From the NCBI GenBank assembly GCA_000320545.1, contig ADNK01000157.1:1-64000 (forward strand): DNA of 64,000 bases, in the 5' to 3' direction. The DNA is from Bigelowiella natans CCMP2755 (lineage: Eukaryota; Protista; Cercozoa). Numbering within the stretch: the stretch's first letter is position 1; the number at the start of each line of letters is the position of its first letter. This document shows, piece by piece, positions 27,289 through 41,699 of the stretch. A program made the position numbers and the translations under genes. The notes beneath the pieces are model-generated. The model was not told the DNA's origin and searched no databases. It saw nothing but the letters and a program-made list of their open reading frames with translations.

Positions 27289-28114
27289 TCACAACCATCC
27301 CTCGACAACCTTATGATTTGCCTGGTCTTTGTTCTCCGTTTGTTCGCCAGCGTTTATCACGTTCATCAATTCCGTTTTCTCGCTCTCGAGTTTCAATCTT
27401 TTCCTTCGCTCGTTCTCCAGCCTTCGGTCTTTATCCTCACACTCCTGTTTTAAGGGGGGGGCGGGGGTAGATTTGGATGAGGGATGCTATCGTTCCTAAC
27501 CCCCCCCCCCTTTGGAGCTGTATGTAGAGTGTCAACAATGAAAAAGGAGAAGAGGAGCACACGTGGCAACTATTTGAGACCTGGAGCTTACGCCTGAATC
27601 TTCCATTCAAGGTGTCGAACATCTTTATCTAGCAAAGGGGGGGGGGAGGGGAGTGGGGGAGTGAGGGAAATGAACAGTGAGGATTCTGACTTCTTTATGC
27701 TGGTGACGACGATGAACCAATGCGGAGATTGGCAATCCCACATATACTTTTGCGGGTGAGTAAGTAAATAGGAGAGGCTCATCCTATCATTCAGCATCTA
27801 ATTCCAATGCTCTACTTACTACGACCACCACGACTACGACTACTACTACTATGACGACGACTCGTACTTTGCTAACGAGTTCTGCTTTCAGTTGATCGGC
27901 CTCGATTTCCAAACGACTAGCCTTTGCCTGGTGCATCTTCACATCCTGCGAGAGTGTCGCAGCGTGGTTTTGCCATCGAAGGGCCTGCGATTCTTGCTCT
28001 GATGCGTGCTGCCGAGAGGTACGCAGGGATTCGTGCAGTGATGACAGCTCCTCCTTCTGCTGCGTCGCCTGCTCGGTAGTTGCGATTGTGGTTATGTGTG
28101 CGTTGGGGGGGGGG

Positions 28115-28145
<31 letters not shown>

Positions 28146-30529
28146 AGAGAGAACATCGCATGCGTTGTAATCCTCTCCCCAACTAGTATTAGGCACCATC
28201 ATTCTCTCTTTATCACTACGATCATGAATGCGTGATAGTCACCGAATACCAAACAACGATCATCAGAAGCAGTAGCATTAGCAGCAGCACTAGCAGCAGC
28301 AATAATAACACCTCTTGCCTCGCCTGAAGTAATCTTGCCTCCAGCTGTTTCTGCAGGCTCTTCACCCTTTGCTCCTGTTCTCGGTACGCAGCGGCGTCTT
28401 CGCTCGCCCGGGCCTCGGACAGCTTGCTGAGCGAGCTCGAAGCGTTCTCGCTCCGCTGCAACTGGCCTTCAAGGTCGCTGATCCGCCTCTTTCCGGAATC
28501 GTTGTCCTCTCTCAGGTGCCCCAGCTGCGCCTCGAGGTCGGCGATCCTGTCCCGTGACCTCCGAGCTGCCTCAGCCTGCGTGCGATTGACGGCCCGGAGC
28601 TGCTCATCCAGCGTCCGACCGAGCTCCACGACGCGTGCATCGCGCTGTTGTAGATGGAGCCTGAGGTCGGCGACGAGCTCATCCTTCGCCTGCGTCTGGG
28701 TCGTGAGCGAGGACACGAGCCGCTCCATCTCACCCACGGTCACCTGCCGATCGGCTGCCCGCCGCTCCAGCTCTGCCAGCTCCCTGCGGTGCAGCAGCGT
28801 CTGGTTGCGGAGGGAGGATGACAGGTTGGCCAGGCGGGCCTCGAGCACCCCGACCTGCCTCAGCAGCACGGCCCTCTCGCTCTGGAGCTCCTCCAGCTGC
28901 TCCTGCTGGCGACCGGCTCTCTCGTTCACTTGCCTCAGGTCCTCGTCCTTCAGCTCGCACGACCGCTGCATAGCCACCAGAGTCTGCTGCAGGCGCGCGG
29001 CGGCGGAGGCCTTGAGTTCCGCCGTCTGTCTCAGCTCTGCGATGGTGAGCTGCAGCTGGGAGAGGTGGCGCTGGCGCTCCGACAGCAGGCCGCCGAGCCT
29101 CGACAAGTTGGTCAAAAGCACGCGATTCTCCGCTACCTTGCCTGTGAGCGCGCGCTCCACCTCGGAAGATACCAGCTTCTCGCTCTTCGCTGCCTCGCGC
29201 AGTCGTTCCAGGCTGCGCTGCGCCTCGGAACGGCTCGCATCGGCCTGGGATTATGTGATGATGATGAAGAAGAAGATGATGATGATAATGATGATGCTGG
29301 TGGTGTTCGGGGATGGTAGACGATGGTCTTGAGGACTCGGGGGATTCTAAATTTCCCCCCCCCCCCTCTCTCCCCCTCTCACAAATGCTCCCTTTCCCCT
29401 CCCCTGCAAGCTGCCCTCCTTATGCCGACACACATCTCCTCTTCTTCTTAACTTCATCCGACACATCTACAACTTGCTACTACCTCTTCTGCGCGTTGTT
29501 TGAGCCTCTGGTTTCGCTGCTCGATCTCCTGCATGGCGTTCATCTTGGTCCTGAGGTCGTCGTTCTTCTCCGCCAGGATGCGATCACGCTCCTGCACCAT
29601 CTGCTCCAGCTTCCGTGTGTTGTTGGTTATGTTGGTGGAGGTTTGCAGCGACTCCCACTCCAGCTCACCTACCTGACGCCGCAGCTCCTCGACGATGCTG
29701 TGATGAACATTCATACGCACCCATCAGTCATATTGTGAGATAGTATCTTCCCTCCGCCTCCTCTCCTTATTATATATTTTTCCGCGGTTGAGAAGCATCA
29801 TCATCATCAACAGCAGCAGCAGCACCGTCATCTTGGTTGCTCTCTGTCTTTATCGATAGTCGCTATTATTACCTGTTCTGCCAGCTGAGCCGCGAAGTTG
29901 CTCCCGCGAGTTGCTCCTCGATCCTACCACGTGATGCCCGTTCTTGGGCGAGCCCCTTCTCCTGGGAGTGAAGGGTCGCGTTCAGAGACTCTATTTCCGC
30001 TCTCTTCGTCTTCATCTCCTCACCTGCACGGAGAACACAAACAACGATGAGGCATATCCCTGAGAAGCAGGGTAGCGACCAGCATGATCATGATGAAGTT
30101 CTCATCCTCGGATGACTGCTGCTTTTCCCATCCACCAAACGACTCATTCGCAGCAGCAGCAGCACCGCGCCGTACCGAGGTTGGTGATAAGTTCCTCCTT
30201 GGCCTCGATCTCCTTGCTCTTCTGACGGTTGGCCTCCTGCAGATTCCTCACGCTCTGGTGCAGCTCGGTAATGGCGCTGTCTATGTTTTCCAGCGTCTTG
30301 TTCTTCTCTAGGAGCTGCACCTTGAGCGTCTCAACTTCCTCCTCGCGAGACAGGAGAGAGGAATTGCACTGCTTGAAGCGCTCCATCAGCCTAACGAACT
30401 CCTGCGTCTTGTCTATGATCAGCCCACGGCGTCTCTCAGAGAGACCGTACGATCTGGAGGGGGGGGGGGGGGGAAGGCGGTGGAAGAAGAAGGCTTAAGT
30501 GGGGATCGCATCTGCGAAATACACACATA

Positions 30530-30569
<40 letters not shown>

Positions 30570-30578
30570 GAAGGTGGG

Positions 30579-30619
<41 letters not shown>

Positions 30620-33600
30620 TAACAATTTATATATGACAAACAAACACATGCAAACATACATTTATTGAAAAAAAACAGCAGGCGCGATGGCCGAAATGAA
30701 AAGCACCTTGCAAGCTCCTGGCGCTGCTCGGCCTGCCGTTGGTGGAAATTGTTGAGAATGAACTCGATTTTCTGCGTGAGACTCGAGTCGCAGCTGGCGA
30801 TCTGGTGTCTGTGGGGAAGCTGCTTGATCTCGCCATCGATGCGGTTCGACAGCCGGTAAAGCTCTTTCCGCGCGTTGTTGCTGCGTTCCTCCAAGATCGC
30901 AATGCGAGCGCGCTCCTTGGCAACGGTCGCGTCGCGCAAAGACACGTTTTGTCGCATGGCTTCGAGCTGAAATTATGGAAGAATGGTGAGAGACGATGTG
31001 TCGAGAGAGTATGTCGCCAAACGCCTGTTGTGTCTTGCTGTGCGTTGTATCTTTTTGTTGTTGTTGTTGTTGTTTCGTCGCAATCACCAGCCTTTACCAT
31101 CACCATCATCATCCCCATCATCATCATCATCATCCACAACAACAACAACAACAATGTCAATAACAACAACACACACACACACAGACACTATGACAACTCT
31201 GCTACCACCCACTTCTACCATTCGCTCACAACACCGCCACGACTACCACTACTACTACCCAACCGACCGCGTGATTGGCCTGCTCGACTTGAGTCTCCAG
31301 CCTGGAGAGCGAGCGCTCCCTCGCCTCCAGATAGCTTTGCATGCGGAGGATGCGATCATCCTTCTCACGTGCCTGGGCCACTAGGTGTAGCATATGCGCC
31401 TTCACCTCTGCCTCTCTCACTCGATACCGCTGCATTGCAGTCTCGAGCCCCTCCCATGTCGTGTGTGCTGCCGATGTTCCAGGCGGTTGCTGGCGAATCC
31501 TTTCCTTCTCCTTCTCTCTCCCCTTTTCTCCTTCTTCTCCCTCCTCGATCAGCTCTGCCCCTCCTCCTTCTCTCATAATTCTTGTAGGAGTCGTCATCAT
31601 CACCATCCCGCGCTTTCGCTCTGACGTTGTCGTCGTTGTCGCGCCGCTGCTGCTACTCCTCCGCCTCCTCCGCCTCCCTCTCCCACCGGTGGCCATACGC
31701 TCTGCGTTGGAGAGAGCGAGAGAACTTGCTCCGCGACTGCCCGTTGTTCGTAGCTCGTGGCCGCCATAGCTGCCATCGTCGTCGTCATTGTTTCCTTCAT
31801 ACATAACACTATCAGCCGCAGCAGCAGCAGGCGCTATCGGTGGTGGTTGCAGTTCTCTCGTTGAGGGGGGGGGGGGGACACTGGCAGCTGCCGTGCTGAT
31901 GGTTGCAGCAACGGTAGCATCGTCATGAGGCCAGGCTGCAAATTCAGAGCGGGTGAATAGCACCGGGGACTGCTGAAGATGGTAAGATGATGAGGTGATT
32001 GGGGGAGTCCGAGGAGAAGAAAACAGCTTGTGATGATGTTGCTGCTGCTGCTGGGGAGGAGGGGGATACTCGGGGGTTGAAGCAGCTGCAGCAGGGGCGG
32101 CAGCCGCTTTAACCGATGATGTCGCGTCTATAGCAGTAGCGATGCCTGTCATCACCTGCTCGTTGTAGTAACTTTTGCTGTTGTTGTTGTTGTTATTGTT
32201 TTTGTATTTCAGCGTGGGAGTTTCGTTGCCCGATCCCGAGATTGAAACCTCCTTCGATGACTTCGGAGATGGTGGCGGTGCGCGGGAGAGGAGGGGCGAA
32301 GTCTCGCCGCTCATCACCCCCCCCCGTCTTTGAGACTGGCTGCTGGTGCTGCCTCGGCGTCGGGGATCATGATGATGATGATGATGATGATGACGACTAT
32401 GTAGGGTGAGGTCGCCATTGTGACTGCTGCTAGCGCCGCTGCTTGTCCCTTTGGTAGTTGCACTGCGGTGACGACGACGAGGAGGGGGAGGGCGTGTGTG
32501 TCGGCGAGGATGGGGATGGGGGTAGCCTTTTGCGTTGGGCTGGTAGTAGTTGTAGGATGATGAAGTTGCCGTCATTGAGGAGGCAGAGGAGGAGGAGTAG
32601 GAGGAGGAGTAGGAGGAAGGGCAAGAGGAAGAGTGCGAACAGAAAGGTGTTGATGATGATGATGAGACAGCCGAGGTCAGGGAGTGTGGTGGTGGTGGTG
32701 GTGGTGCGGTCGTGGAGAGGGGTTCAGCAGCTGCTGATCCGGATGAAGAATGATGGCGACTCTTCCTATTTATGGTTGTAGTCGCAGCAGAAGTAGTCAA
32801 GACCCCTTTCCCCTCATCCGGAGTTGTGAGTGATGCGACTGTCATCGATTTGCGCGGCGTCGTTGCCTCCCTGTCCGCTCTTCCCATCATCCTCGACTCC
32901 TCCGCGCTGTTTGGAGCGTTGTTGTCATCACGCCCCTGCAGAGACAGGCGGTCGGGGTTACTTTGAAGCGGCGGCATCAGGGGGGTGGGTGCGGCAGCTG
33001 CTGCCGTCAAATTGCACGCGTTCTTCCCAACTGCTGCAGCAGCAGCCGAAGAAGAAGAGGATGATGATGATGATGGTGGTGATGATGCCGCTCCTGCAGC
33101 TGTCGCTGCTGGTCGCTGTTGTTGCTGATGGTGTTGTTGACGCTGATGTGATAAGGTGCGACGAAGCCTGGATGTGACCGAGGTAAAGGACGATGAGGAT
33201 GAGGAAGATGAGGCGGCGCGCCCACCAGCTCGGCCTTCTTTCGCCATCGTCCCCGCAGCTGCTGGTTCGAAAATAATACCTCTTGGCTTCTGCTGCTGCT
33301 GCTTAAGGTACAATCCTTTGGCCCCCCCCACCCCATCATCCTCCTCCTCCCCGCCGCCAGTACTAGCAATACGAGTTCCAATCCTTAATGAGGGGTGCTT
33401 CCGGGAGGAGAAGGAAGGCGGAGAGGGGGGTAAGCGCGGTTGTTGCGTGGTTGCGGGACGACTCTTCCCCCCCCCATCTCCTCTTTCTATTCCTCGTCTT
33501 CCTCCCCCTTCCTCTCTTCCTCCTCTCTTTTTCTGATGATGCGAAAGTGGTGCGGGGGAGGAGTGGACCGACTGCGGACGAGGGGTAAAAGGCACCATGG

Positions 33601-36600
33601 AGAACGCGGCATCGCCATCGGTGTAACTCTCCTGCTGCTGCTTTTGCTGCTGCATATGGTCGTTGTAGTAGCGACCCAACGGTGGTGGGACGGTGGCGAC
33701 AGGCACATTCTCTTTGCGAGGAGGAGGAGGAGAACGGGCTGCTGATGCAGCATCCCTCCCCCTTCCTACTCCTACTCCTCCTCCTCCTGCTGCTGCTGCT
33801 GCTGAGGAGGAGGACGCCATCTCAAACGTCCCGACATCTATCGTCGTTCTACCGCCATCGGGAGCAACCGCAGCTAGTGGTGGATAATCCCGCACCTGAG
33901 CGTTGATCATTACGTGCATACAACAACAACAGCAATAACATCACTCGGTGTCTGTGCAGTGTGACGTATGAGGTATCATCATTTCTCCGCTAGGTCTACA
34001 TTTTTAGAGAGCGTGCTCTTTTTGTAGACTCCCCCCCCCCCCCCCCCCCGCATCCTGATTCTCCAGCTGACCTGGTCTGATATAATAAGATCAGAAGTGT
34101 GCACGGATGAAGAGCCGAGCCCCTCCGGCTCGCCCTCTCCTCCATACTGTACGTCTGCCGGTTCGAATGAGAGAGGGGGGAGGCTTGATGGGTCGCTTAG
34201 CATTTGCTGAAAATGAGAGCACGTGAAAGGGGAGAGGGAGAAGGCAGGGGGAATCAGACAGCGTACACAGTTGAAGTCTCAGCGAAAGAGAGCTACTGCT
34301 GCTGCTGCTGCTACTACTACTACTACTACTACTAAAGAAGATGGAACTAATAATTCAAACAACTTTGTCATAGTTGCTCTACCACGTCCACCATCCCTGG
34401 ACGTGGCTGCTTTCAATACATCTCTTCCCATCCCCCGCCCTCCATCCCTTTTGTCGCCATCATCATCCTCATTCCTCCTCATCATCACCATCATCACCAT
34501 CATCATCGTAGCTGTTTTTATTTAATATTTTCAGCAGTAGCAAGCAGTACTGATAGTAGCCCTACCCTCTTGTCGCCGCTGCTGCTGCTAGTTCTCCGCT
34601 GTGTGATATCCTGCTCGATCTTCTTGACGTTCTGCAGCAGACGGCCCTTGAGCCGGTCAATCATAGACCGAAAATTCGTATGTCGCATCTGCAATGAAAC
34701 GAGGGAGGAGTCGTGGTCGCCAGCATTCCTTGCATCTATCGACTTAGAGGACGGCGATTTGTTCCGAGCCATCGCTCCGCGGCTACGGGACGGGGGGGAA
34801 GAGAAGGCTTGATCTCCTCCTCCTCCTCCTCCTGCTGCTGCTGCTGACCACCACCGCCGCCAAAATCGAGCGAGAGCATAACAAAAAAAGGCAGGGGAAA
34901 TTTTATTAGAGATAATAATTATAAGGCAAAATTTTAACCAAGCCTCCATTGCGTCGTCATGAATTATTTGGTACAGCACCAGCAGCTACTACCCGTGCTA
35001 TCGTGTCGTCGTTGATGTGTTCTCAACCAACCTTGGTGCGGGAGGAACGCGTGATCAAGGACATTTGCGTTCGAAGCCCTCCTCAGTGTCCCAGCAGCAG
35101 ACATCATCGCTGGCGGTACTGCTATTATCATCAGATTTTGGTACCACGACGAGCAGTGTTCGAATTAGAATAAGAGTAAGAAGAAGAAGAGTAAGAAGAA
35201 GAAATGAGCCGGGGAAACAGTAGGACAGCATGACGACGACGGGAGACGGTGTCCGTCGGTCGCGAGTGATACATCATTTGTCACCACAAGAAAACACTAT
35301 GGAAAAAGAAAGAAGACGCTAAGAAAACGACGACGACGACGACGACGACGACGATGTGTGCATTGTCGTCGTCGTCGTAGTCGTCCACAAGTTGACAGGA
35401 AGGAGCTGTATTCCAACACAAGTGACTGAGGACAGCAGAGGCAACTACCGTCTGCTGGAAGCTCAGGCAGGATAGTCGTCTCGATAGGTGAATAATAAGT
35501 GGCAGAAGAAGTCATGGCGGCATGCTGCTGCGCTCTTAGTCGCAGTTGTTGGTCTTTGATATTTTGGTTATTCGTGCTGACGAGCGTTCTCGGTGCAATG
35601 GGAGATGGATACTTGATGTCAGTAGTCGACTGTTGCGACGAAGATGTATCATCATCATCATCATCCCCATGCCTGTCACCATCCTTATCCCCATTCTGGA
35701 AGTCCTCCTCATCTCTTCCTTCTCCTCCTGCTTCCTCCTGATGACGATGACGTTGACGATGGCGACGATTATTGCCGTTGCTGTTTCCGTTCAGAATGTT
35801 CCCTAGGTCGTCGGGGCTGGAAAATGAGGAGGACGGCGGCGGCGGCCGCGGCCGATTCGCCGTGTCCAACATCATTTTCTGCGCGTTCTTGTTTGGCTGT
35901 TCCCGTGACCTCTCTCCTCCTCCTCCTCCTCCTCCCCCCACTCCCGGCATCACCGCTTGCGACGATGAGACGTTCAATGGCTGCCAGACGTGCGGGGAGG
36001 TGGCGACGTAGCCCGGAAGCATCTGTTGTCGCTGTTTTTGGCCGTTTCCTCGTTTTCTGTCTTCTTCTTCTTCTTGAGTTGGCGGTAGTAGTAGTGCCGC
36101 TTGGTGTTGCTGGCCACGATCGGCCGTAGCGACAGGAGGGGGGTGCGGGAGGAAGGGTAATTGCTGCTGCTGCTGCACGAGGAGATCGTTCGAAAGAAAG
36201 TCCTTGGATACCATCTGGCTTACGTGCTGATAGTCCGGAGGTGACGTGGAGGGAGACGATAGTCTTCTTCGGGGTGAGGATGACGGCGGCTTCAGGGACA
36301 TCATCCTCGTCACCCGACGAGGGTCAGAGGACGGTGAATGATGATGACGACGACGACGACTTGTTTTCACTTTATTAGATCTCTTGCTGCTACCGCCTAC
36401 GCTGCCGCCGTTGCTACTACTGCTGCTAGCGCTGCGACGGTGCTGTCTTTGGGGTGTCTGGCCCGGTAACATAACTGACGCTGAAGATAGCGGGTCGTCG
36501 AGACCATCATCGCGACCCTCAGCGGCGGGTGTAAGTCCTGGCAGAAATACGCTGTCGTCGACGAAGCTGGTTTGCCCTCCCCCTCCCCCCCTCTTTTGCC

Positions 36601-36886
36601 TATCCCCCTGGACAGCTGTCCACTCGGATATGTGGTCGATGATGCTGTCGTCCCTTCCAGGGATCGAAGAAGGCGTCGCCAGATTACTTTTAGTAGTCGC
36701 ATCGTCGTTTCGCATCACACCATTTGGCGGACCTTCGTTAATCCCTGCCCCTAGTACAGGCAAGACATCGTGTCGCACGCGAGCGAATATATAATAAAGA
36801 TGAGATAAACGAGGGGAACTGTATTCAGACTGTCTCGATTTGCATTCTGGGAACGAGTGGTGAAGATAGCTGCGATAGCTACGGCG

Positions 36887-36926
<40 letters not shown>

Positions 36927-38288
36927 GTGTGTGTGTGTGTGTGTTAAGTGTGTTAGAAGTACCGTGCACTCTGGCATCGCTGGCCAGTGGCAGGGGTCTA
37001 ACGCTCGGTTTTTTGGGCATCTTGGCCATAACCAAGCCCGCTGCGATCGCCGCAGGATCATCCTTTCGCTCTCCTCCTTCTTTTCCCCGAACCCCCTCTT
37101 CTCCATAATATCCAAAGAACTCCGACAACTGTGTTTCTGGAGAAGGCGTCCGGTCGTCGTCGTTGTCGTCTTCGAGTCTACTGCCAGCGCTGACCTGCTG
37201 CTTGGGTCTTGAAGGTGGAAGTGACGATTCGGCAGCGTCATGATGATCCAGGCGCCAAACGTTGGGGGATGTGGCCACGTAGTGCCTAATGAGTTGTAGC
37301 AACAGTGATACATCATAAGCGGTTGTCTTTTCAAATGATAATCCGTCGTTTCGTCTCATCGAATGAGAACAATTTGAAAAGTTGTTTTCAAATATAGTAA
37401 TCAAGCTTACCCGTCGTCTATCCAGGCGCTGGCAGCTGGGGATTTGGAATAGTGACGTGAAAGAGATGATCTTGAACGTTGCAGCGCCACCGAACTGGAA
37501 GTTTTCCGCACGTTATCTGTCCCTTTACCCATAATCCTTCCCCCGGACGCCGTAATTGATACTCGACGATTTGAGAGTGGGGTAGTGCCATCTCTGGAGA
37601 CGACACCTCGTCTCTCGTTGAATCGCTGGCTAACATCGTGAACACTTGGTCCTTTACTACTTCCTCTCCCTCCTCCATCCCCCTTCACGCTGAACTCTTC
37701 CCAGAGCGATTGACCGAAGGATACGGCATCTTCGTCACCACCATTCACCCGCCTTGCTTGTGATTGGCTGGGAGTAGCTGCAGGCATCACGCTGCTACCC
37801 TGCCGGAGAGATGATCGAGTTTGGTGGTGTGACGGAAGGCGCGGTCGCAGACTCGGCGAGCGCTCGGTAGGTATATCGGATAGACTGTATGGCCACCGTA
37901 TCATCGTGCTATCGTCCCCACCTGTACCTAAACCACCGAATGGGGATTGTGTGGCCGGTGGGGCGGCAGCTGCTCCACCCCGAAGTGCGTGCTGCCGTGC
38001 TTGCTTGTGATGATATGGACTCTGCGGGTGCTGCTCGTTTTGTTTACGATGTAAGAGTTGCAGTAATTGTTGTTGGTGCTGCTGCAGCTGCTGATCATGA
38101 TGATGATGATGATGACGTATCTTTCTCCTCGCCTTTAACGTTTTTGTGGAATCTTCCTGCATACTGAGTGAAGGGCCTCCCGCTGTGGTAAATTGAGCAG
38201 GAGGCTGCGGTGAAAGCAGCATAATCACAGCGGAACCCAGTGCGAAGCTTAGGAGAGACGTCGGACGGGGCCACCTACGCTGCTTCAT
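27289..38288 (-). CDS. Very large (~2,500-2,800 aa, estimated) protein: hydrophobic N-terminus, long low-complexity disordered region, C-terminal coiled coil
   Basis: Large minus-strand exons correspond to ORFs 37407-38351, 35297-36778, 31226-33919 and 28222-29160 and can be joined through GT-AG introns. Heptad-rich exons run from ~31440 to 27289, ending ..NHKVVEGWL-TGA. No family recognised; it could be more than one gene. Confidence 0.7.
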
Positions 38289-38574
38289 GCTAACGAGTAA
38301 GAGGAGGGTTGACAAAGCGGGAATCAGTGAACATGAATATTCTACATACAAACGTATTTATATTTATATATACGTAACATTTGATATAATTAAGGCCGTT
38401 GTGTGCATGTATGTCTTGTGGAGTAGGTAATGTCGTATGAGAGAGTGTGTTTGAATGACGCAGCAATAGATAGCTTTATAGCCCCACTCTTGCTACCCAC
38501 ACTATGTAGAAGATAAAGAATAGTGAGAAGTACAACCCTCGAAGATTGTCTCGGTGATTCTCCATCAAATAGGA

Positions 38575-39270
38575 CGTTGCTATGGAACGACGAATGGGGC
38601 TTCAGCAATTAATGTGAGCTCTGAAATATATCTGCGTCCATCTCGTTCTCCTGAATTGGGATGCAGGTATCACCAAATGCCAGATGAAATCGATTTGAGT
38701 CATGAAATGGGCACAATATTTGGTTTCGAGACGGAGTTAATGCAATCATGCTTACAAATGCCTTGCCGTGGTTAACTGTGGAGCTCTCGATTCACGCTCA
38801 CAAATCAGTTACAATGTGTATCGCTAAATTTTCGCAGTGTGTTCGTATTCACCTCTTCGCCTCCAGGCTGCGGGCCACACTAAAGCACTACTGAACGCAG
38901 ACACGAAGATGTGTCATCGAACCCATTCACACAATTAAATTAAAAGAGTTTAGTGTAAATGAGGCACTGGAGGGTGTCATAAATGCGGAATCGGCTTTCA
39001 AAGGAAAGAACGATGTAATCATCGACAATTAAGTGGATGTATCGATGGCCACCTTCAAACACTTCAAACGTGCTATTTCGAGCATTTCCAAGGGGGGGAG
39101 GCCGCCATTCCTGATCGTTCAGACAGGTTGTGCAGTTGTTGTACTTGGATGGATCTTTTCAGCATTATATCCTACATCTCTGCATCCAAAAAGGGAGCTA
39201 TCCTATGCATTAGCTATCAATTTGAGGTATTGAGAAATGTCGCAGCTGTGTATTCTCGACCAGGATTCTA
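38575..39270 (+). CDS. Possible small multi-exon gene of unknown function
   Basis: Short AG/GT-bounded segments (DVAMERRMGLQQL, VNEALEGVINAESAFKGKND, DVSMATFKHFKRAISSISKGGRPPFLIVQT) spaced like the short introns of neighbouring genes. No consistent full model was obtained. Confidence 0.25.
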
Positions 39271-39788
39271 TGAGGAATTCGTGATGATCTTAAAAAAAAA
39301 CTCTGCAACGGAGAATCTGAGATTCGAGACATCTCAAATTTCAAGTCGTAACTTAATTTTGGAATTATTTTAACATGAATTGCAACGTCATCGCCTCTTC
39401 AAATGTGTCTGAGCATAGGCCTTCCCTCCAAATAATTTAAAAAAAAAAGCGGATAACTTTCTCACAGGATGTAGGTTGTCGTTCGATGGGATTCACGTGG
39501 TAAAGTAAGAGAACGTTGTGGTTAGTGATAAGCGACATAGCTTGCCTGATGTCGCTTACGCTTTTCCCAATTATATTTGAGTGGACAATGCCACAGAACC
39601 CATTAGGCACTAAAGTACATAAATTCTGATCGCAGCTGCTGCGTACAAACTCACTCTGCGGAGTGAAAAGGTGAGATCTTTCTCCGAGACACAACAGATA
39701 TCTCTGTCGTCGTCATTAAGCACGTTAGATCAGTTTTAGATCTTGCACTCTGCTCACTAAGTTTCTTTGCAAACCAAACCGAACGACA

Positions 39789-40217
39789 ATGGGGCTGGGC
39801 ACAGGCATGGCTGCATTTGCCTTGTTAACAGTGCAGATGCTGAAGTATGTTGCTCTCTGTCATCAGATTCGTACAAATCAAAATCGCAGCTTGAATCTAA
39901 GCGCTCTCATCGCAATTTACCGCCGAAGAATGAATTCCGCAAGTTTGTAGGGATCTCGGTCATGGGAATATCGTTTTTTCTTGGGGTAAAGAGACTCGAC
40001 CATCATGGTAGACACGAGAATGAGGTTGAATATCGATATGCAGGTAGTGGCATTTGGGTTGATGGGTACCGGCATCTCGATCCTGGAACGTTCTATGGAT
40101 GTGCAGGCTGAAGTTGAGCTTCTCAACGACTTGCCGTTGGTTGTACCAATTGTCTCCAAGTCTATTTCCGTGCATGATGATTTGGATTTGGATATATCCG
40201 TCGATAACATATGATGC

Positions 40218-40267
<50 letters not shown>

Positions 40268-41681
40268 TGATCGTATAAAAGTCCTCCTCGTCCTACCCTA
40301 CTACCTGGCAGGTAACAATATCTTGGACAATTCTATTTCTTGGGGTAGCGGCCATCGTGACCTGCGTAAGAGCTCTAAACTTTTGTATTACCCAAATATT
40401 ATTAACATCGAACTTTATGTTTCTACAAGTCAATAATCAGCTAAAATTGTATTCTTCTGACATTGGTGTCAAATCGCTGCTCACATTGACAGGTTGCAGG
40501 ATTTTGGGGAGGCCGGCATCAGAAGCGTTTCTACCTTACCATTTTTCTATTCTTCCTCTTCAGTTAAAACAAATAAGCATTCTAAACAGTTCCAAGCACT
40601 TTCTTAATTTGTTCTGTGGATTTCTGGCTGATCTTCTCTCGTGCCACCTTAGTTTCGTGGCTTTTTGCTTCTTTTTGTTATTGCAGCTATTATGCTAGTG
40701 CAACTGTGTATGGGTGCATTCTTGTTCACGTATGAGACAACTGGGGTTCTTGATTCAATTGTCAGAGATAGGTGGTTTGAGGAGGGTACAGGTCGAACAT
40801 GCCTAAACACCGTAGCGACGTTCAGCGGGCTGATGCTTATTGTTTTTCCTTTTGCATACCAGAAGCGAGGCAATTGCGAGTGAGCTACCAGGTTCCCGTA
40901 CATTTCTAAGCATTTGCTCTCATTTTGATCACCCAAACAGAAGCATGTGCGGTGCCGTATGCGGCCTTGTTCCCCGGACAAAGAATAGATTACGATAATT
41001 TTATTCTGCCTTTCTTTCTTTCAGAATTTCTACGGATGTTGTGGATGGTCCGACCCTTTCGATTCTCGAGCATCTGGTTACAACACCCCATGCCCCATAG
41101 CCTCTCCGACAGCATGTCGCGATGAAACTCTGCAGTGGCTGGGGGAGAACTACACTCCAGCAGCAATATTCGCCATCTCGTTCGCCTTAATTCAGGTATG
41201 CTATGAAAACATAAGGATGATTCATGTACGTCGATGTTGGTGTGTACTGCATGCTAAATGATACATATTGATCCACGGAGATTTCGTGATTCTTCTTTTC
41301 CTTTACCATTTTCTTGCTGTCTTTTACTTTCATCAGAATTCTCCCCCCCCCCCCCTCTCTCTCTTATACCCCCTTCGCTCCCTCCTTCCCTCTTTTTCCT
41401 TATGCGCTACCGTGGTTCAACTACAATGAGCGTGTGCGTTTCTTCTTTCCAATATCTAGATATGTCTAGATGTAGTGTATAGAGGTGTGTGCATCGCGTG
41501 TGTGCACAGCTAGACAGCCATGATAACCATGTAACGTATCATGTGCGGTACTCTAGCTTTTGATTCCATGCACTAAAAGCGTTTCGTGTTTTTAACTGCT
41601 CAGTTGGTGGCTGTCCTCGCCACAGTTATGCTTCTCATGAAGGGAAAGAATCATGACCATGACGATTGGATCCCTTGGTGA
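39789..41681 (+). CDS. Tetraspanin family protein
   Basis: TM1 RKFVGISVMGISFFLG|VVAFGLMGTGISIL, then VAGFWGGRHQKRFYLTIFLFFLF|..IMLVQLCMGAFLF. The large extracellular loop carries CCG and two more Cys (NFYGCCGWSD..TPCP..TACRD, from ~41024). TM4 AIFAISFALIQ|LVAVLATVMLLM; stop TGA 41679-41681. First exon uncertain. Confidence 0.88.
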
Positions 41682-41699
41682 GGCACTAACTAGAGGATA

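Noticed and set aside
28424-29332. 302-aa plus-strand ORF (also 30739-31578, 31341-31769 and 36384-36794)
   Set aside because: These are antisense shadows of GC-rich exons of the minus-strand coiled-coil gene and have no independent protein features.
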